59,441 bases of DNA from Bacteroidales bacterium (GTDB taxonomy: Bacteria; Bacteroidota; Bacteroidia; Bacteroidales; VadinHA17). The stretch's first letter is position 1, and each line of letters starts with the position of its first letter. The notes under the pieces were generated by a model, which saw only the letters and a list, made by a program, of their open reading frames with translations, was not told where the DNA came from and made no database searches. Where the stretch lies: NCBI GenBank assembly GCA_034004025.1, contig JAVEXM010000004.1, forward strand, positions 1 to 59,441. The letters run 5' to 3'. The position numbers and the translations under genes were made by a program. Positions 54,727 to 59,441 of the stretch are shown piece after piece.

Positions 54727-56286
54727 ATGTGGCCGACAGGTTCAGTGAGAAACAGGGGAATTGCGTTTGCCGCCCTGCTTCTGCTGTCGTTGCAGCTTTT
54801 CCCTCAGGATAACATCCTTGACAGAGAGATCCGGCTGCCCGGCAACAGCATCAGGGTCGCAAAGGCACTCAGCGAGGTAAGCAGCCTTACAGGCTATCTC
54901 TTTACCTATGACTCCCGGATAATAAGCTCAGACAGGTCCTTTTCGCTTCCTTCATATGATATGCCGCTCAGGGAGTTGCTGGATTCGGTCTCGGATGACC
55001 CTGACGTCAGAGTCTCAGTGATAGGCAAGCATATCATTCTTTACCGCGAGAGTGCCATCCCTCCTGCTGCCGGTCAGCCATATGACTCCAACCAGTCAGA
55101 TATCTTCATCAGCGGCAGGGTCACCGATGCGGAGACTGCGGAACCTTTGCCCTATGCTACTATAGGCATCAGCCACCGCGGCAGAGGCACGGTGACGAAC
55201 TTCAACGGCGACTTCATCCTGAGGCTGGACAGCCAGTTCCTTGAAGACACACTGTCAGTATCATATGTTGGTTATGTCAACCGGCTGATACCGGTCAGGA
55301 GCCTTCCCGGTAACATCCTGACCATCAGCATGGAGAGAGACTATATCCCCATCCCGGAGATAATCATCCGGGCCCAGGACCCACGCCTCATCATCAGCAA
55401 AATCCTCTCTTCCGTAGCCTCCAACTATGGAACTACCCCTGCCCTTCTTACCGGATTCTACCGCGAAGGGGTCTACCGCAAAAAGGAGCCGCAGGTCTAT
55501 TCCGAAGCTGTGGTGCAGATTTACAAGAGCCCATATGCAAGATCACTGCAGAGCGACCAGATTAAGGTGCTTCGCAGCCGTAAGATAGAAAACCTGGAGG
55601 TAAAGGATACCCTGGCTGTCAGGCTTAAGGCAGGACTCGGTGCAACACTCACACTGGACGTCATGAGAAACCTGTTCGATTTCCTTGATCCCGCATCATT
55701 CGATTCCTATGAATATCATCTGACAGATATAGTGACAATAGACGACCAGTCGGCATTTGTGGTATCATTCCGCCAGAGGGAAGATATTACCGAACCTCTT
55801 ATGCAGGGCGACATCTATATCAACGTCGACAACTATGCCGTGGTGCTTGCCGAGTTTGAGATCAATCCGCTCTATGTTGACCAGACAGCCACATCCTATA
55901 TCAGCAGGCTGCCCCGCGCCTACTCCATGAGACCCGAGTATGTCAGGTACAGGGCCCGTTACCGCGACGTCGGCGGAAGATACTTCCTGTCTCACGTAAG
56001 GGGAGACCTGGGTTTCATGGCCAGGGGCAGGAAGAGGCTGTTCAACAGCCGCTTCAATATCTTCTTTGAGCTGGCTGTCACAGACCACCGGACAACAGAT
56101 GTCTCCCGCTTTGATCATGACGAGCTGACCCCTGCTTATTCGGTATTCTCAAATACAATTACCGGATATGACGCCGGATTCTGGAAAGGATTCGATTTTC
56201 TCAAGCCCGAAGAAGATCTGGTTGAAGCACTGCAAAGGCTGCAGCTGCGACTTGGAGAATTCGCCGGCCAGGATTCCCCTCAGTAG
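54727..56286 (+). CDS. STN + CarboxypepD_reg-like domain protein lacking TonB plug and barrel
   Basis: Signal peptide; STN-like LDREIRL..ALSEVSSLTGYLFTY..LRELLD..IGKHIIL; ISGRVTDAETAEPLPYA; only 519 aa and ends QDSPQ. Confidence 0.85.
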   Translation: MWPTGSVRNRGIAFAALLLLSLQLFPQDNILDREIRLPGNSIRVAKALSEVSSLTGYLFTYDSRIISSDRSFSLPSYDMPLRELLDSVSDDPDVRVSVIGKHIILYRESAIPPAAGQPYDSNQSDIFISGRVTDAETAEPLPYATIGISHRGRGTVTNFNGDFILRLDSQFLEDTLSVSYVGYVNRLIPVRSLPGNILTISMERDYIPIPEIIIRAQDPRLIISKILSSVASNYGTTPALLTGFYREGVYRKKEPQVYSEAVVQIYKSPYARSLQSDQIKVLRSRKIENLEVKDTLAVRLKAGLGATLTLDVMRNLFDFLDPASFDSYEYHLTDIVTIDDQSAFVVSFRQREDITEPLMQGDIYINVDNYAVVLAEFEINPLYVDQTATSYISRLPRAYSMRPEYVRYRARYRDVGGRYFLSHVRGDLGFMARGRKRLFNSRFNIFFELAVTDHRTTDVSRFDHDELTPAYSVFSNTITGYDAGFWKGFDFLKPEEDLVEALQRLQLRLGEFAGQDSPQ

Positions 56287-57293
56287 CTCTCAAGCACATC
56301 ATAAAGGGCGGTAAGATCCGGCGTAAGAATGATCTCCGTCCTCCTGTTCTTCTGCCGCGAGTCAGCGGTCTTCCTCGTATCTACCGGCATATACTCGCTC
56401 CGGCCTGAAGCAACCAGGCGTTTGGGGTTGATATTGGTGTCGTTGGTAAGCACCCTTACCACTGTTGTTGCCCTCTTGACGCTCAGGTCCCAGTTGTCAA
56501 GTATCTGCTGGCCGGGTGCCGCCCTGTAAGGCACATCGTCGGTATGGCCCTCTATGGTGATGGTGATGTCAGGGTTCTTTTCGAGGAGCGCTCCCAGCTT
56601 GCGCAGCACCGTGCGACCGTTGGCGTCTATCTCGTAACTGCCTGTCCTGAACAGCAGCTTGTCGTCCATGGAGACATACACCTGCCCGTTCTTCATGGTG
56701 ACGGTGAGGCCGTTGTTCTCAAAACCGAACAGCGCATCCGACACCTTCTCCTTGAGCTCCTTCACCGCCTTCTGCTGCGCATCCAGCATCTTCTCAAGCT
56801 CCGTCAGCCTGGCATTGCGCCTCTCAAGCTCATAGGTGAGCTCCTCCAGCGTGGCCTTCTTCGTGTCGAGGTTTATCTCCAGGTCACGCATGAGATTCTC
56901 CTTCTGCTGAAGATCATCCTGCGCCTGCCTCAGCTCTGCCAGAAGCCGCTGCGTCTCCTGCGCCTTGCCTGCCGCCAGCTCCTGCCCCGCCCTCTGCAGC
57001 TCCTCATACCTCGCCGAGAGGCTGCCCAGTTCCTCTCTCCTTTGAGTCAGCTCTGAACGCACTTCGCCCAGCTCCTCCTCCATCCTTTCAGCGTCGTTGG
57101 TGAGCTGCATTGACCGCGTTGTCAGCTCCCTGTTCGACATTGAAAGCCATATGTTCTCTGCCTTGAGGGAGTCACGCTCTGACAACAGCATTAGACTCTT
57201 GTCATTCAGCGTATTGTATCTCTTCCCCGTAACGCATGAAGCTGCAAGAAAGATTGTCATCACGACCGGAAAAATAAGATTGAGCCTGTTCAT
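56280..57293 (-). CDS. Coiled-coil lipoprotein with OmpA/MotB peptidoglycan-binding domain
   Basis: Lipobox LAASC from ATG 57293; long heptad region; LLFRTGS, IEGHTD, NWDLSVKRA and NRRTEI. Confidence 0.9.
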   Translation of the reverse strand: MNRLNLIFPVVMTIFLAASCVTGKRYNTLNDKSLMLLSERDSLKAENIWLSMSNRELTTRSMQLTNDAERMEEELGEVRSELTQRREELGSLSARYEELQRAGQELAAGKAQETQRLLAELRQAQDDLQQKENLMRDLEINLDTKKATLEELTYELERRNARLTELEKMLDAQQKAVKELKEKVSDALFGFENNGLTVTMKNGQVYVSMDDKLLFRTGSYEIDANGRTVLRKLGALLEKNPDITITIEGHTDDVPYRAAPGQQILDNWDLSVKRATTVVRVLTNDTNINPKRLVASGRSEYMPVDTRKTADSRQKNRRTEIILTPDLTALYDVLESY

Positions 57294-57418
57294 GACCTGT
57301 CTGTTTTTTAACCACACCCCGTCTGCGAATTAAACAATAAATGAGAAACCATGTTATTGAAAACATCATGATTAATTAACAATAAAAAAAAATTACAAGC
57401 CTTGCCGGACAAAGGTCA

Positions 57419-57451
57419 TTTGTAACAAAAGTTAAAATATAAGTATCTTTG
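57419..57451 (+). promoter_or_regulatory. Sigma-A promoter for dxs (-33 and -7)
   Basis: TTTG(57419-57422)-N21-TATCTTTG(57444-57451). Confidence 0.75.
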
Positions 57452-57476
57452 CCCGGTCTTTTACTACCTTTAACTG

Positions 57477-59378
57477 ATGTCAGAAAAAGAGCAGCTGCTT
57501 GACGGAATCAACACTCCTGAGGACCTCAGGAAGCTCGACAGGCTTGACCTGGTGCGACTCAGTGGCGAGCTCAGGCAACATATCATTGACGAGGTAAGCA
57601 ACAACCCCGGTCACTTCGGCGCCAGCCTGGGGGTGGTCGAGCTTACCGTCGCCCTTCATTATGTCTATAACACTCCTTATGACAAGATAGTCTGGGATGT
57701 CGGACACCAGGCCTACGGGCACAAGATCCTAACGGGACGCAAGGCACAGTTTCATACAAACCGCAAGTACAAAGGAATCAGCGGCTTCCCGCGCATGGCC
57801 GAGAGTGAATATGACGCCTTTGGGGTAGGTCACTCCTCCACATCCATATCCGCCGCTCTTGGTATGGCCGTGGCAGCACAGACCAAAGGCGAAAAACGGA
57901 AGGTGGTGGCGGTGATTGGCGACGGCGCACTCCAGGCAGGACTGGCATTCGAAGGACTGAATAACGCCGGGAACGAGAAGGCGGACCTGCTGGTGGTCCT
58001 CAATGACAACCATATTTCTATTGATGCCAGCGTCGGAGCCCTCAAGGAGTATCTCCTCGACATAACCACCAGCCGTACCTACAACAGGTTCAAGGACAAG
58101 GTCTGGCGGCTGCTGGGCCGTTACCGGCGGGTGGGCACCAGGGCAAGGATACTTGCCTCACAGATAGAGGGCGGCATCAAGGGCACCGTGCTCGAGCGAA
58201 GCAACCTCTTTGAGGCACTCAAATTCAGGTATTTCGGTCCTATCGACGGTCATGATGTGCTTCACCTGACCCGGGTTCTCGAAGACCTCAGGACCATCCC
58301 CGGACCCAAGATCCTCCACTGCATCACCGTAAAGGGGAAAGGATTCCCAAAAGCAGAAGAGCTGCAGACCGTGTTTCATGCCCCCGGCAAGTTCGACAAA
58401 TGCACCGGTGAACTGATAAGACCGGCCAACTGTGACAAACACCCCCTCTACCAGGATGTGTTCGGTCACACTGTCCTGGAACTGGCACGGCTGAATGATA
58501 AGATAGTGGGCGTCACCCCGGCAATGCCTACCGGCTGTTCACTTAACATTATGATGAAGGAGATGCCATGCAGGGCCTTTGACGTAGGCATCTGCGAACA
58601 GCATGCGGTGACCTTCTCTGCAGGCATGGCAGCCAACGGCATGATCCCCTATTGCAATATTTACTCATCATTTATGCAGCGTGCCTACGACCAGGTAGTG
58701 CACGACGTGGCCATACAGGGACTGAAGGTGATCTTCTGTCTCGACCGCGGTGGACTGGTAGGCAGCGACGGCGCAACACACCACGGCTTCTTCGATATAG
58801 CCTTCATGCGTAACATCCCCGGCATGATCACTGCAGCTCCTATGGACGAGGTAGAACTGCGCAACATGATGTATACAGCCCAGCTGGAGAGCGTGAAGGG
58901 ACCGTTCAGCATACGTTACCCGCGCGGTACAGGCGCAATATGCGAATGGCAGCAGCCTTTCTCGGAAATACCCGCGGGCCGGGCGCGACTGATCAGTGAG
59001 GGCAGTGACATAGCGGTGCTGAGTATAGGCCATCCGGGTAACTTTGTTGTTGAGGCCGCGTCCGCGCTGCGCGGGAAGGGTATTTCGGTGATGCACTATG
59101 ACATGCGCTTCGCCAATCCGATTGATGAGGAGGTGCTGCATGAGGTGATGAAGCGTTTCCGCAAGATCATCACCGTGGAAGACGGCGTGATCAAGGGAGG
59201 CTTTGGCAGCGCCGTGCTCGAGTTTGCAGCCGACCACGGCTATACTGCGGAGATAAAGCGTTTGGGTATCCCCGACTACTTCGTGGAACACGGCTCGCAG
59301 CAGGAGCTGTGGCATGAGTGCGGGTATGATGCTGACGGGATAAGGGAGACCATACTGGAGGCAGTAGGCAAACTTTAA
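57477..59378 (+). CDS. dxs: 1-deoxy-D-xylulose-5-phosphate synthase
   Basis: GHFGASLG, WDVGHQAY, GHSSTSISA, IGDGA..NDN, DVGICEQHA and DGATH. Confidence 0.98.
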   Translation: MSEKEQLLDGINTPEDLRKLDRLDLVRLSGELRQHIIDEVSNNPGHFGASLGVVELTVALHYVYNTPYDKIVWDVGHQAYGHKILTGRKAQFHTNRKYKGISGFPRMAESEYDAFGVGHSSTSISAALGMAVAAQTKGEKRKVVAVIGDGALQAGLAFEGLNNAGNEKADLLVVLNDNHISIDASVGALKEYLLDITTSRTYNRFKDKVWRLLGRYRRVGTRARILASQIEGGIKGTVLERSNLFEALKFRYFGPIDGHDVLHLTRVLEDLRTIPGPKILHCITVKGKGFPKAEELQTVFHAPGKFDKCTGELIRPANCDKHPLYQDVFGHTVLELARLNDKIVGVTPAMPTGCSLNIMMKEMPCRAFDVGICEQHAVTFSAGMAANGMIPYCNIYSSFMQRAYDQVVHDVAIQGLKVIFCLDRGGLVGSDGATHHGFFDIAFMRNIPGMITAAPMDEVELRNMMYTAQLESVKGPFSIRYPRGTGAICEWQQPFSEIPAGRARLISEGSDIAVLSIGHPGNFVVEAASALRGKGISVMHYDMRFANPIDEEVLHEVMKRFRKIITVEDGVIKGGFGSAVLEFAADHGYTAEIKRLGIPDYFVEHGSQQELWHECGYDADGIRETILEAVGKL

Positions 59379-59441
59379 AGTCGGCAGTCCTCTGTTGGCA
59401 GTCGGCAGTCGAGGCGCTGACCCAGGAGGGGTCTCAATCCC

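Noticed and set aside
56280..57293. Flagellar motB assignment
   Set aside because: Lipoprotein signal instead of the MotB Asp-containing TM helix, and no flagellar genes in the window.
1..59441. rRNA, tRNA, IS elements, integrases, prophage or defence genes
   Set aside because: None recognised by eye; intergenic gaps are short and mostly explained by promoters and hairpins.

Overview
Chromosomal segment of a Bacteroidota (Bacteroidales-like) bacterium, judged from SusC/SusD pairs, an HTCS, T9SS genes and TAnnTTTG -7 promoters. In order: 5'-truncated porT; small membrane proteins; a GEVED/repeat T9SS type-B cargo; an orphan SusC/SusD pair; a D-aminoacylase-like lipoprotein; a pectin PUL (HTCS, SusC, SusD, surface lipoprotein, GH43, CE12-GH28 fusion, PL1); an uncharacterised three-gene operon built on an ABCG-type half transporter; a deaminase-mpg-DUF2723-CE4-purD run; rplM-rpsI-rpsB-tsf-pyrH-frr; a T9SS serine protease; a penicillin acylase; a radical SAM enzyme; an ECF sigma/FecR locus whose STN-domain partner has no TonB-dependent barrel; an OmpA/MotB-like lipoprotein; and dxs. 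I saw no rRNA, tRNA, CRISPR array or mobile element. The best candidates for undescribed systems are the barrel-less ECF/FecR/STN module (51.8-56.3 kb) and the TerB-like/ABCG + lipoprotein + secreted protein operon (29.2-33.6 kb). A 35-aa membrane microprotein before the PUL susC and a long hairpin before pyrH also stand out. All family assignments come from motif recognition by eye; no searches were run.
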